From NCBI GenBank assembly GCA_049999805.1, contig JBNGIO010006249.1, forward strand, positions 137,079-195,588: a stretch of DNA of 58,510 nucleotides, in the 5' to 3' direction. Numbering within the stretch: the first letter of the stretch is position 1; each line of letters opens with the position of its first letter. The translations under genes and the position numbers were made by a program. A model generated the notes under the pieces. The model was given only the letters and a program-made list of their open reading frames with translations, was not told where the DNA came from and made no database searches. Below are positions 24,549 through 35,749 of this stretch, piece by piece. Source of the stretch: Folioceros fuciformis (lineage: Eukaryota).

Positions 24549-27500
24549 TCACCAATCAGATTCTTCCTCATCCAGATGAGCACTTAGCTCTCGGAGCAAT
24601 GCATTTACGTCTAGGTGTTGGTGCCTGTGGTCGCTTGCAAGGAAAGTATGCACCTGCTGGTCATGCTCAATCCAGGACTGGCCAGGCAGTTTCCAAGCAC
24701 CTACATCTTGTCTCAACTCGTCAATTTCGTTTGCCTTGTCCCACATGCTCGCTTGAGCATAAATGTTTGCCATGAGCAGGTAAGGCGCGGCTTGTTGTGG
24801 CTGTAGCGCCATAGCACCATCAAAAGCGCGCCTCCCCAGTACCACATTACCGTGTTTTCGGCAGGCACTCAGCAGACACAACCAAACAGACAGATCGGGC
24901 TGCATTGGCATTTGCGAGAGCAAACACTCTGCCTCGTCGAACAATCCTGCACGTCCGACGAGATCAATCATACAAGCATAATGCTCCTGCTCTGCAAGGA
25001 TGCTGTGGTCTCTGGTCATTTTGGAGAAGTACTCGAGTCCTTTCTCCACCATGCCAGCATGACTGCATGCCGACAGAAGTGCAAGGAAGGTGACCCCGTC
25101 TGGTTCCACACCGGCGACACGCATGTCCTCGAATAGCTTCGTGCTCAGTTGTAAACAACCTGACCGTGCATACCCAGCAATGAGTGCAGTCCATGATGCC
25201 ACATCGGGCTGCGAGACTGAATCAAAAACACGCTGAGCATCTACCATGCTTCCACACTTGCTGTAGGCGTGTATCAGGCTGCACGTCACAGGGGGACTAC
25301 GAAGGAGTCCATTTGCGGCGATACTCTTATGCGCCTGCACGCACATAGCGAGGGCTCCTCTCCTGCTGCACTGATCCAAGACACAGCGAAATGTAGCCTC
25401 GTCCCCCTGCACACCTTGTGCTTCCATCTGGGAGTACAGTTGCAGGGCCTTGTCTCCATGCTGTAGCTGAGAATAAGCTGCCATTAGGGCAGTCCATGGC
25501 ACCACGTTGCCCTGAGGAAGGGTGCTGAAGACCTGTTCAGCATCCTTGATACTCCCGCACCTTGCATAGAAGCCCACCAGCGTGCTACCTACATACACAT
25601 CCGTTTCCAGACCATGTCTGGATACTGAAACATGTACCTCTCTCCCCTTCAGCAGCGATCTGGCCTTTACGTTCTGCCCCTCCATCAGTGAACTCTTCTC
25701 ATTTTCTGCCAGAGTGCAACATGCTTGGATAGCGCTTACAAAGGTGCGTGCATTTGGCCTCACACCCTCTTCTTGCATCTGCCAGAAAACATGCAACGCG
25801 ATCTCTCCTTGGTCGTGTTGGGTGTATGCAGCAAGCATCACATTCCATGATACTACATCACGATGGGGAAGTGTAGTAAACACATGCTGCGCATCACCAA
25901 TGCTCCCACACCTTGCATACATACTCAACAAGTTGTTACCAACAAACACATCTGCTTCAAAACCACTCCTCCCAGCTACAGCCCCAGCATGAACTTCCTT
26001 ACCCTTTCGCAGGGACTCCACCATGATATGCTGACCCTCCACCTCCACACTATCCTCCATATCTGCCATGCTGCTACAAGCTTGGACGGCACTCACAAAC
26101 GTTCGAGCATCTGGCTTCAACCCCTCTGTTTGCATCTGCTGATAAAGCTGCAGGGCCCTCTCTCCTTGGTTTTGCTGAGCATATGCTGCAACCATCGCTG
26201 TCCATGACACCACGTCGCGCTGGGACAAGCTGTCGAACACGTGCTTGGCATCCAAGATGTTCCCACACTTTGCATACATGCTCACCAGAGAGTTGGCCAC
26301 AAACACGTCAGACTCAAATGACTGGCACGTCGCTGCAGCGTGTATCTCCTTCCCCTTCTGCAACGACTCCACCTTGACATTTTGACCGTCGAGCAAAACA
26401 CCTTCCTCCTTCTCCGCAAGAGTGGAGCAGGCTTGGAGAATGCTGACGAAGGTGTGCCCATTTGGCCTCACACCTTCCTCGACTTGCATTCTCCTGTACA
26501 TGTGCAAGGCCTTCTCTCCTTGGTCCAGCTGGGCATATGCTGAAATCATGGCGGTCCATGATACCACATCAGGCTTGGACAATGTGAAGAACACCTGCTC
26601 CGCAGCCCAGATGCTCCCACACTTGGCATACAAGGTAACCAAGGCGTTACCCACATAGGTGTGTGACTCCAGTCCCATAACAGCAACTGTAGCATGGATT
26701 TCCTTCCCTTGCCACAGCGCCTCTCTCTTGACATTCTGCGCATCCGCAAGCGAAGTCGGCTTCTCCTTTTCCGCAAGATTCCCACATGCTTGCAGAGCGC
26801 TGACAAAGGTCCAGGCATCTTGCGTCACACCTTCCTCCTGCATGCGCCAATACATTTGCAACGCCTTCTCTCCTTCATTATGTCGAGCATAAGCAGAGAG
26901 CATGGCATTCCATGACACTCCATCACGCTCCGACAACGTGTCAAAAACGTGCTGCGCATCCACGATGCTGCCACACTTTGCATACATGCTGACCAAACTG
27001 CTCCCCACGAAAACATCTTCTCCAAATCCATGTGCCACAGCAGCAGCATGAATCCGCTTCGCCTCGTCCAGGTCTCGCAACCTGCTGCACGCTTTCAGCA
27101 AGCTCACAAACGTGTACTTGTTAGGCTGAACCCTGTCCAGCAACATACGCTCATAGCACCCCAATGCCTCCTTACAAAGCCCAGCATCGCTGTACCCTGT
27201 GATAATGGCAGTCCAGGAATAAACGCTCCGCCGACTCAAGTTGTGAAACAGGTTCAGCCCATCTCCAAGGCCCCCACAGTTCACGAGCGTGCTCACTGCA
27301 AGGTCACCCAAAATTGTGTCGCAGCCCAACAACCCATGTCTCACCAAATGAGCCTGCACCCATCTTGCATCATCTAAAGCTTTCTTCTTACTGCACGCCT
27401 GCAGCAGGTGCTTATAGAGGTGCACCGAAGGAAGATGGCTGCCATGCTCGTCCACGCGTCGCAGAGCAACGATAACCTTGTCCAGCCGTCCATCCTTACA

Positions 27501-27659
27501 CAGGGTGAATAGGTCGGATGTGATGGCTGGCCTGCAAAGCACAGGATCATCAGTCTGTCAAGCAGCGCAGATTCCATTTCGCACTTCCGATCCCTCGTGT
27601 GGAAGACAGACGGACCTCTCAGTTTCAGGGCCGTTCACACCACGCAGGTAGGCATCCAT
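24549..27659 (-). CDS. PLS-class PPR protein with E/E+ C-terminus and no DYW domain; predicted exons 27659-27616 and 27531-24549
   Basis: ~1000-aa ORF of PLS triplets with the same E/E+ ending as the neighbouring PPR gene. A short first exon (MDAYLRGVNGPETER) splices in phase. Confidence 0.95.
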
Positions 27660-27896
27660 CGCCGCTCCTTCAACATTGCCACGTTCTTCAGACCCACGGT
27701 TGGACAACTTGATTTTAGTGACTCATGGCGCCAAAAAGGCATTCGCAAAGCTTGGAATTCGAGTGAAAATTTGACAGAGATGCAACTGTTAATATTCAAG
27801 AATGATTCCACTGAGGGTTGTGCAGGTGTGTGATTCATTCGAGTGTTCAAATAACGGCTCCATTGACTACTACCTTCACAAGCCTGAAACAAGCGA

Positions 27897-30566
27897 TCAG
27901 GAATCCAGGAGGAATCTGGAGAACCAGGCTCCGATATTGGCGAAGCTCTCAAAATCCGACTGGGGCTTATCGATGGCATGGCAATCCTCAGGAAACACGA
28001 TGGTCTTCACCTCCAAACCCCGCTGCCTGAGCGCGTGCACATATTGGAACCCAGTAGACACAGGAACGCGCCGATCTTGAGCGCCTAGCACGAACAGTGT
28101 GGGCACCTTCACGCTCCCCACGTGTGCGATGGGGGAAACCTGGTAGAACCGCGCCAGATCCTTGTCACTCGGAGCATCCGTGTATCCATCCTTCCCTTTC
28201 CTTCCCACAGCCTCCACAAAACACCAATCCGGAATATCCGTAATCCCCACCATGGACGACAGATTCGTCGCGGGATTTCTCACCGCAGCGGTGCGGAACA
28301 ACTCCGGAGCCTGCCCAATCAGATGCGTGGCCAAAAACCCACCATGCGAGCCGCCCAGAACCGCCACCAGCCCGGGATCCGCTAGACCCAGGCCCACGAC
28401 CTGCTGCAGCGCCACCAACACGTCGTCCACGTCCTGCCGCCCGGCCTTCCCCGGCAGGGACTGCAGTGCCGCCTCCCCAAACCCGAGTGACCCCCTGTAG
28501 TTCACGTGCAGCAGGTTGAACCCCAGCCCAGACAGAAATGCAGACGTCCTGGAGAATCCCGTAGTAGAGACCGAATGCGGCCCTCCATGCAGCACTAGAA
28601 TCAAAGGTCTCGGCCCCGCCTTCCCCTTCCTGTCCTCCCGCTCCCTCTCCTCCTCCAGATCCCTCTCCACAAAAATCGACTCCCCAGCTCCTCCCGGAAG
28701 CTGCAGGATTCGGAAGGAGATGGAGCTCAGCGTCTTCTCCACAACCTCCTCCACCGAGAGCTGAGGCGCTGACACATCAATCCACTGCCATTTCCCCTTC
28801 TCCTCTTCCCCATCTTCCCCTCTGAACCCTAACTTCAGCACCGGAGGGGAAGCCGGCGAGCTCGCCGCAGCAATCACCCACTGCCGGTGCACCCCCAGCA
28901 GGCTCCAAGACCATGTAGAATCCCCCGGGCTGATCCTCTCCACCTCCCCAGACTCCACGTCCACCGCCAGGATCACTTGCGTGCTCCGCCACGGCGACGA
29001 CAGCACGAGAAGATGAGACGCCTTGGTGCTGCGAGACGTCTCAAGCCAGGGCCTGGCAACAAACCCAAGACAGTAAAGTCCAGGAAATGCGCCTTCTTCA
29101 CTTTCTTGTACCACCGGAACCAGCACTCTCGCCTTGGATCTGGCCTTCCCGTCCTCGGGGGCCACGGGGGGCCATGCCAAGGAGTGGAGTGATGTACTGG
29201 AACAATGAACGCCGGTATCCACCGCGCTCTGCGCACTCAAGAAGCATAGACTGCTTCCATCCGGGGTGAAGGAGGGTGAGAATGCGCTAGACAGCGAGTC
29301 TGTAAGGCGCACTAAGCCCACATCAACATCATTATGCTCTGCTTCCGCTGCGTTTCCTTCTGCTTCAGCCTCATCGTCTGCCTCAACCTGCACCTTAGGG
29401 GCCCGGATGGTGTACAACGCACATGGCCTGTTGTAGCAATATTTCATGCCCAGCTGCCTTGGCGTGTTGAAATTGGTGGATTCCCGGGGCCAGCCGACGA
29501 AGACGAGCGATTCCTCGACGTCTTGTGCGTGGCCAGCGCGCGGAGCCCAGACCACCTGCCCAACCGAAAGGTCGGCCGGGATGCCAGGCACCTCGCGGAC
29601 ATGGCCCGACCCGATGGATGCGACGAAAAGCGCAGGGCGGCGCTTGCCGGTGTAGGATTCCCCCCAATCTTCCGTCCAGTCGCCCTGGCCTTTCCATGCG
29701 CCCGGGTCGGTCTCGGCGCCCCCTCCGAAAACCGGACGCGGCACGGAGGATGCCGGACCTTCAGCTATGTAGGCGACGCGGTCCTCCTGCGGGCTCCATG
29801 CCACGCCCTCGAACCAGCCGTCGGTGTAAACAGAACCATGCAGGGCGGCGCCCACCGGTAGGTCCTGCAGCAGGCGGCCGCGACCCCAAATCTCCAGTGT
29901 GGTAGTGGTCGCCGACCCCTGGTCTTCCGGCTTCCGGACCACAAGCAGCTTGGTGCCGGACGGGGACGGCGCCAGTAGCGAGGCGCCGCAGAGTTCCACG
30001 GGGAACGGCGACCATCGCTGCTCCTGCGGGCGGGAGGCGGCGTCCGGGAGGAACACGCTGCTCACAAAGGTCCGCTTGACGTTGGCGCGGAGGTTTGGCT
30101 GGTTGAAGGAGACTAGGAGGTCGAGGCTCCCCGGCGCCCCCGCCGCCGTGCTCACCCAAGCCTTCTCCAGCAGCGGCACGTCGTACCACGGTTGCAGCTG
30201 CTCGGCCGCCTTCCCGAGCTCCCTGTCCGCCTTCCCCTTGCGCGTTGGCTTGCCTGGTGACATTTCCGCTCCTTGACTCCACACGCCCGCGGCTATGGCG
30301 GCCGTGGCGTTGGCGACAAACGGCATCTGGCTTCCCGGATCCCAATCTTCTTCCTCAAGGCAGACTCGCCTCCATTTCTGTCCACGTTCACCGAACTGGC
30401 CCGACTCGTGCGGTGAAACACGGAGGGAGAAAGTACGAGACGTCTCGTTTGGGTCTGCATCCGGGTCAGGAGTTTCCCCTCCTTGTCTCCTTTGCTGCTG
30501 TGGCCGTTGCCGTGGATGATGTCCTACTTCCTCTGCCGGCTGTTTCCCGTGTTCGTCGTTTGGCAT
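27897..30566 (-). CDS. AARE: Acylamino-acid-releasing enzyme (acylpeptide hydrolase, S9C), single exon; start codon uncertain
   Basis: Motifs LHGGPHS, VNYRGSLGFG, GGSHGGF (catalytic Ser), GAQDRRVP (Asp), DCHAID (His), EDWGE and LGMKYCYNRPCALY. Confidence 0.95.
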   Translation of the reverse strand: MPNDEHGKQPAEEVGHHPRQRPQQQRRQGGETPDPDADPNETSRTFSLRVSPHESGQFGERGQKWRRVCLEEEDWDPGSQMPFVANATAAIAAGVWSQGAEMSPGKPTRKGKADRELGKAAEQLQPWYDVPLLEKAWVSTAAGAPGSLDLLVSFNQPNLRANVKRTFVSSVFLPDAASRPQEQRWSPFPVELCGASLLAPSPSGTKLLVVRKPEDQGSATTTTLEIWGRGRLLQDLPVGAALHGSVYTDGWFEGVAWSPQEDRVAYIAEGPASSVPRPVFGGGAETDPGAWKGQGDWTEDWGESYTGKRRPALFVASIGSGHVREVPGIPADLSVGQVVWAPRAGHAQDVEESLVFVGWPRESTNFNTPRQLGMKYCYNRPCALYTIRAPKVQVEADDEAEAEGNAAEAEHNDVDVGLVRLTDSLSSAFSPSFTPDGSSLCFLSAQSAVDTGVHCSSTSLHSLAWPPVAPEDGKARSKARVLVPVVQESEEGAFPGLYCLGFVARPWLETSRSTKASHLLVLSSPWRSTQVILAVDVESGEVERISPGDSTWSWSLLGVHRQWVIAAASSPASPPVLKLGFRGEDGEEEKGKWQWIDVSAPQLSVEEVVEKTLSSISFRILQLPGGAGESIFVERDLEEEREREDRKGKAGPRPLILVLHGGPHSVSTTGFSRTSAFLSGLGFNLLHVNYRGSLGFGEAALQSLPGKAGRQDVDDVLVALQQVVGLGLADPGLVAVLGGSHGGFLATHLIGQAPELFRTAAVRNPATNLSSMVGITDIPDWCFVEAVGRKGKDGYTDAPSDKDLARFYQVSPIAHVGSVKVPTLFVLGAQDRRVPVSTGFQYVHALRQRGLEVKTIVFPEDCHAIDKPQSDFESFANIGAWFSRFLLDS

Positions 30567-30603
30567 CTTTTTGCCGTGTGCTTGCAGCGGGTGAGGGTTG
30601 GGG

Positions 30604-31263
30604 TTACATCCACTCGGGTGGCCGTCCTTCCTTCTTCTCGTTCACTTTGAATTCCATCTGCAGAGCGAGCGGCTGGGTAGGTGGGTGGATTCGAGTATGG
30701 CATTGTGTGATTGTGCTTTTGGTTTGATTCTGAAAGCCGCTCACCTCGGATAGAATCCTTCTAGCGTCCCAAAACACATCTTCCTCCACAACCTGGTCAC
30801 AGAGGGAGACGGACGAGAGCACGAACCGTCTTGATAGCGTGGAGTTTGCAGACCACGACTCTCACTCAAGGGAAGGAGTAATTCTCGCCTGACCTCAGAA
30901 TCTGGCGAAAGCGATGCTATCAAGGGCCTTAGATCAATGTCCTCGTCCTGCTCGTCAAGGATGTCATCCACAATCAGTGCCCCAACCTTCTGACAACGCC
31001 TTGATCGACACAGCAAAGCAAATAAACTTACATGGAAAAGGGGAAACTTGAAGGGCAGGGCGGCATCAAGCTCCTCTATGGTAGGCAGTTTACTGTCTCC
31101 GAAAATCATCGGGTGTGCAGCCTGCTAGAAATGGGAAGCATCGGTTTCGGATTTCATCACCTACATTAGGATGACGCAGACATGGGAAACCGAAGGCTAC
31201 CTCGAAAGAGTCGGCAACATCTAACTCATCCAGTTCCACGATTTCTTGAGTCTCTGTTGCCAT
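30604..31263 (-). CDS. IFT43: Intraflagellar transport protein 43-like, multi-exon
   Basis: Spliced product reads IVELDELDVADSFE|AAHP..KLPTIEELDAALP..|DEDIDLRPLIASLSPDSE|VVEEDVFWDARRILSE|MEFK. This resembles the recalled IFT43 C-terminal signature [32 protein letters not shown]. Confidence 0.75.
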
Positions 31264-32187
31264 GATAAACAAGAACAGTGAAACACAATCTTGATATGAC
31301 ACTCGACTGCAGCGGCACCAGGGTGGTGAGGTTTGAAGTTTTCTACCATCCTCCTCCGCGTGCTTCTTCCGATCGGGCACCAATCTCTGTCGCCGCCCAG
31401 GGCCTGGAGCCGGAGGTGCCGACTTGCTCCCTTCCACCCCCGCTTCCGAGCACTGATAGGAGCCCCATCCGACCTTGGAGGTGCGCGGTGCCGAATCCTG
31501 CACAACAACCGCTCCCGATCAAACCTGCCAAACGCGAGTAGGAGCACGAATGTGGGCACTCACGACGCTGTGGCTTTCCGGTTCCTCGATGATTTCTTCA
31601 TGTCCTGCCATCCCCGTCCTTCAACGGTCCAGGGCACAGAAAACCGGTTGCTGTCATTCACGGATTTCGGCACGTAACACTGCAGTTACGACCCGAGCCT
31701 TTGCTCGTAGCGTTAGGTCTCTCTCCCTCCTCGCCCGCCGTTTTTGAAATTTCATCGCTGCCGATTTTGAATTCGTCTTCTTCTTGCTCCACCGGCAAAG
31801 CGTCTGGAGGTGAGGGAGTTGGTCAGGATCTCTCTCCCCCAGTTTTGTTTCCTCCTTCTTCTTGGTGGGATGCTTATATTCATGCAGCAGTCCGAGCCAT
31901 CCGCCCTGAACGGATTTGCTTCGGTTGCTTCTGCTTCTGTCGTGGATGTTGTAACCCTCTTTCCTCAATGACTGTAGGGTTTGCTGGTCTCAGTGGAGTC
32001 GCCCAACACTGCGGGGATTCCGGATTCCTTCTTCGCGTTGCAACCTTGTTGGTTCAGCGAGATTTGTGGACAGTTCAGGGCAATAAAGGGGGGTGGAGCT
32101 TTGGAACCAGGTGCTCTCCGGTGGCAACCCCAAGCAAGTACTTTCATCCCTTCCAGACAGCTCTCACCGGTAGACAAAGGTTGCGGC

Positions 32188-32715
32188 ATGCTGGAATGGG
32201 GTAAGGGAAACCCGATGATGGACAGTCTGCAAGAAATGCAAGTCCCGTTGAAGGAACCCGACTGGGATGGCAAGCAGGCTGCTGCTAGTGTAGGGAATTT
32301 AGACAGTCATGTAGAGGTAAATGCAATGCAGGATGCTGTGGTAGAAGAGAACAAGATTGTGTGTTTTGAGAACCAACGGTGGTGCGAAGTGGATTCTAGT
32401 CCGAGGGATGATGGCCATTTAGTACCGGAGCGCAGGGATTGTGATGAGGAGGAAGATGAGGACTCCGACTCAGGCTGTGTTGAACTGGAAGAGGAGGATT
32501 TGAGTCGTGGGGAGCGAGGACTCGGAGCTCTCTGGAGGTGGTCCCTGTGTGCCACCCTCATGTTTGTAGCATGGACTTTCCTAGGTGGTGTTTCCATAGA
32601 GTGCCGGAACCCACTTCCTGATATCCGGGAGAGAGATCCTGTCCAAAGGATCATTCTCACGAGGCGGAGGAGAGCCACTCAACGTAATGCGGCATCCGGA
32701 TCTACTTCTCCATAA
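32188..32715 (+). CDS. Hypothetical protein with an acidic tract and a C-terminal hydrophobic segment (possible membrane anchor)
   Basis: Long open frame (31981-32715) containing DEEEDEDSDSG and LWRWSLCATLMFVAWTFLGGVSI; no family recognised. Confidence 0.4.
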   Translation: MLEWGKGNPMMDSLQEMQVPLKEPDWDGKQAAASVGNLDSHVEVNAMQDAVVEENKIVCFENQRWCEVDSSPRDDGHLVPERRDCDEEEDEDSDSGCVELEEEDLSRGERGLGALWRWSLCATLMFVAWTFLGGVSIECRNPLPDIRERDPVQRIILTRRRRATQRNAASGSTSP

Positions 32716-32941
32716 AAGTTGTGGATATCGGAGGCAGCTGCTCCATTTCTCACTCATTCGCTCCATAACTTACTGTAGTCTTAGAATCAGTGTCGAAATG
32801 TGGTCTGGTCAGAAATTGGCCAGGGCCCAAATCAATGGAAAGCGGGTGGGACTGGACGCCTTCTCACCAACAAGGTGCTGTTTGCTCTGGCTTTTCTTGT
32901 CTTCACACACTCTGTGGTACGCTGCTGCAGGGAAAGGCAAG

Positions 32942-34033
32942 ATGGAGATGTCATGGGGTGACATGAAGGCCCTTGAATCTCTTCTTTGCTCATCGCAGGA
33001 AGAACATGAGAAACATGTCTCGCTCTCACCCTCGCCTACTTCTGCAAATTGCAGAATTACAACATTCAAGGCCAAGGGATGCATTTCAGACTGACGTGAA
33101 CTAAGGCTGCATTTCTGCCATATGTTGTAACAGAGACCATCCCGCCAGCCCACATCCCAATCAAGCGCTTTTCTCAGTCCAGGATTCATTGGTTCGCAAC
33201 CAGAAAGTATTGTCAACAAACTCAGACCAGACTCATACGGGTACCGCCATGGGTGGGTTCTTGTGTGTCCAGACATGGCACTGACAACCCAATGCTCCCT
33301 CGTTTGCAGAAAAGAGTGACACGGGCAAAAAGGATCATGCACACAGTGCCCAAGATGAGGGAGGTGACGTGACCTACGAGGACCTTGAGACAGACAGCCA
33401 AGGTCGAGAGCGTCCAGAGTGAGTTTTAGCACCTTAGTACCTAGGGAGGTGAAAAATCAGACGGCATGAATGCAAGGGCCAGCGCACCTCAACATTTCGC
33501 CTCATGTGAACGCAGATTCGAGTACATCTATAAGCAAGCCGTTTCCTCATCCGACGTCTACCTACAGATGGTAACCATTTGCACACCCTTCTCGGGATTG
33601 GACGCTATCTCCATCAACATTATCATCACCCTGACGACGCACAATATGTGAATTATTTCAGAGCGGCAAGAATCCATCCACCTTGTCGTGTGAAGGCCTT
33701 GTGATGAAAGTCAAGCTTCCTCGAGTCCAAGCAGTAGCAGATGTTACGCTCGATGTCCATCCTACTCATCTGAAGTTATCGTCAATGGACTAGTAAGCAC
33801 GTATACGGCTGTTATCTAGAACCGTACTGTTATCCAATATGCGCAGGATCCAGTCCCGAGGAGGTTCCGCAGATCCTGATGTTTCTTCTCGATTCATGTG
33901 TGTTGGCAGCTACTTGGGCACATCATTTCCTCACACCATCAAAGTGGAGAAAAGCAGTGCCAAATGGGACCCCTCCTCCTCCACTTTGATTATCACATTA
34001 CCGATCTTAAGAGAACTGGACCCTGACAACTAG
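32942..34033 (+). CDS. DNAAF6: Dynein axonemal assembly factor 6 (PIH1D3/Twister)-like, about 6 exons
   Basis: Spliced product contains GRERPE|FEYIYKQAVSSSDVYLQM|SGKNPSTLSCEGLVMKVKLP...|YLGTSFPHTIKVEKSSAKWDPSSSTLIITLPILRELD. This matches the recalled PIH1D3 motif PEYxIxYKQxVxxEDIFLGMxxKDPSTACCEDLVVKIKLP followed by a CS domain. Confidence 0.85.
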
Positions 34034-34194
34034 GCAACAGCAGGCAGCATTTGAAGTCCGATGCACCAATCTTGCAAGACTGGAAAGTTGGAAAAACTAC
34101 CTACATCTCATTTACTTCGAACAACTTCCATCATTTCCGGGCCACAAAATTTGGCAAAAGGCTCCATCCCCGGCGCCTACCTATCTGTCCTTCT

Positions 34195-34911
34195 TCACTG
34201 GGATTTGGATTTCCACTGATTCCAGTCGTAGTACAAGTAGCCCCTGCTCCAGCCTATCGCGGCTCTCACAGCAATCTCACCCCCGGGCAAGCCAACCTCA
34301 TCACAGGCTGCCTTCATTTTGGCAAACGGCTCCACCGGGAAAGTGCCATTGTAATCCTCCGCCAGCTCCCGGAACACCTACCAAACGCAGCAGGCAACGA
34401 ATGTAAGCACTTGTCCATCATCGAAGACTGCAAACCTAGGACGGTGACCAACCTAGAACGATGCCACACGCAGACACACCAACCTTTGCACAAACATCTG
34501 CCAGTCTCTCCTTCACGCTTGCCACGCTTGGTTCTTGTTCAAGCTGCTTGAGAATGTCGGACCTGAACTTCACAGTTTCCTGTAGTCGAAACAATGCTGT
34601 CGATCAGGACAGGCGGTGCAGAAAAATACTCCTGATCAGCAAAATGGATGATGATTTTCGCTCACCTCCTCTGCAAACTCCGCCTGGCTTGCCACCACAC
34701 ACAGGACTAGAGTTGACGGAGCGGCTCTGCGTAGAGAGGAGCTGCCGCAGCTCAGCCTCCCCAGCCCGCATTGCTGTCGGTGCGAGGAGAGCAAGAGCTG
34801 AGAGCGCCCAGCAGCCGCCCTCACCCCAGCCCGGCCATTCTCAGCCCTGGCAGATGAAGATGCTTGGAGAGACGAGATGTAGCAGCACACAGCTGCGGTT
34901 GCCACTGCCAT
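34195..34911 (-). CDS. PRIN2: PLASTID REDOX INSENSITIVE 2-like chloroplast protein, 3 exons
   Basis: Transit peptide followed by EFAEE|ETVKFRSDILKQL..DVCAK|VFREL..GTFPVEPF.KM....LPGGEIAVRAAIGWS..Y..DWNQW, which resembles recalled PRIN2. Confidence 0.7.
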
Positions 34912-35479
34912 GTCCGGTTCCCCGCCTCTTCTAGCTGGACAAATTCTCCTTCTGCTCTTCTGAGCTTTGAGGATTGATTTCATTTTATTCTTAATATTTT
35001 ACATATCGAAAAATAGCTTTTTACCCGCTTAATGGAAAAATCCATCCGGGACTGAGGGTGACGGATGATCTTTGATGATGCTTGCGCGTTCACTAGAGAC
35101 GAAGAGGGATTTGGACTGAAAAAAGCACAGACTAGAATGGGCAAGAGTACATTTTGCTGACGTGCACTGGGCACTGAGAAGATCAAGCAGTTTTGTCTGA
35201 TAGGAAACCGATGTTCTGTCTTTGTGCAGAATCCCATTTGGAAGAATGCTTTCTTGCTAGCACCAGAACGGGTAGATCTGGTTTGGATCTGATATTCCAT
35301 GGCATTCAAGTCACAAGCCTCGACGAAATTGAAGCGGCGCGTTTGAAGTTGGTGCTGGACAAGCATCAGGTGTTCAAAGGTACCATTAAATTAAGGTTGT
35401 GGCGATGCAGTCCCAAGACTAGAACCTGTTCGACAGTGAGCAAAGGAACCATTGTTCGTGTGAGGGAGGCGTCCCGTTT

Positions 35480-35710
35480 GGTCACCTTCCGTCAAGTCTG
35501 GTATGCCATGTTCGATCAACCTGCCGGCTGCTTGCACATCGAAAGAAATCGTAGAGCAGGACGGGGCTGCACACATTGACAACCTCTCAGTACCAGTCAC
35601 AAAAGCTTTACCCAGTATCCGTTCCCTTCCCTTCCACAACTCCTGCGAAATGGTATTACTTTCAACAAATGAAACACAGACACACGAGAGACCAACCTGT
35701 GAGTTTAGGA
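35480..35710 (-). pseudogene. Fragment of the C1D gene (one exon plus intron), paralogous to ~51437-51655
   Basis: Near-identical DNA 'caccttccgtcaagtc.ggtatgccatg.tcgat.aacctgcc.gctgcttgcacatcga', translating as DVQAAGRLIEHGIPDLTE. Confidence 0.8.
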
Positions 35711-35749
35711 CTCATTTGCTTTCTGGCTGAGGGATATGGCCTGGTGACA

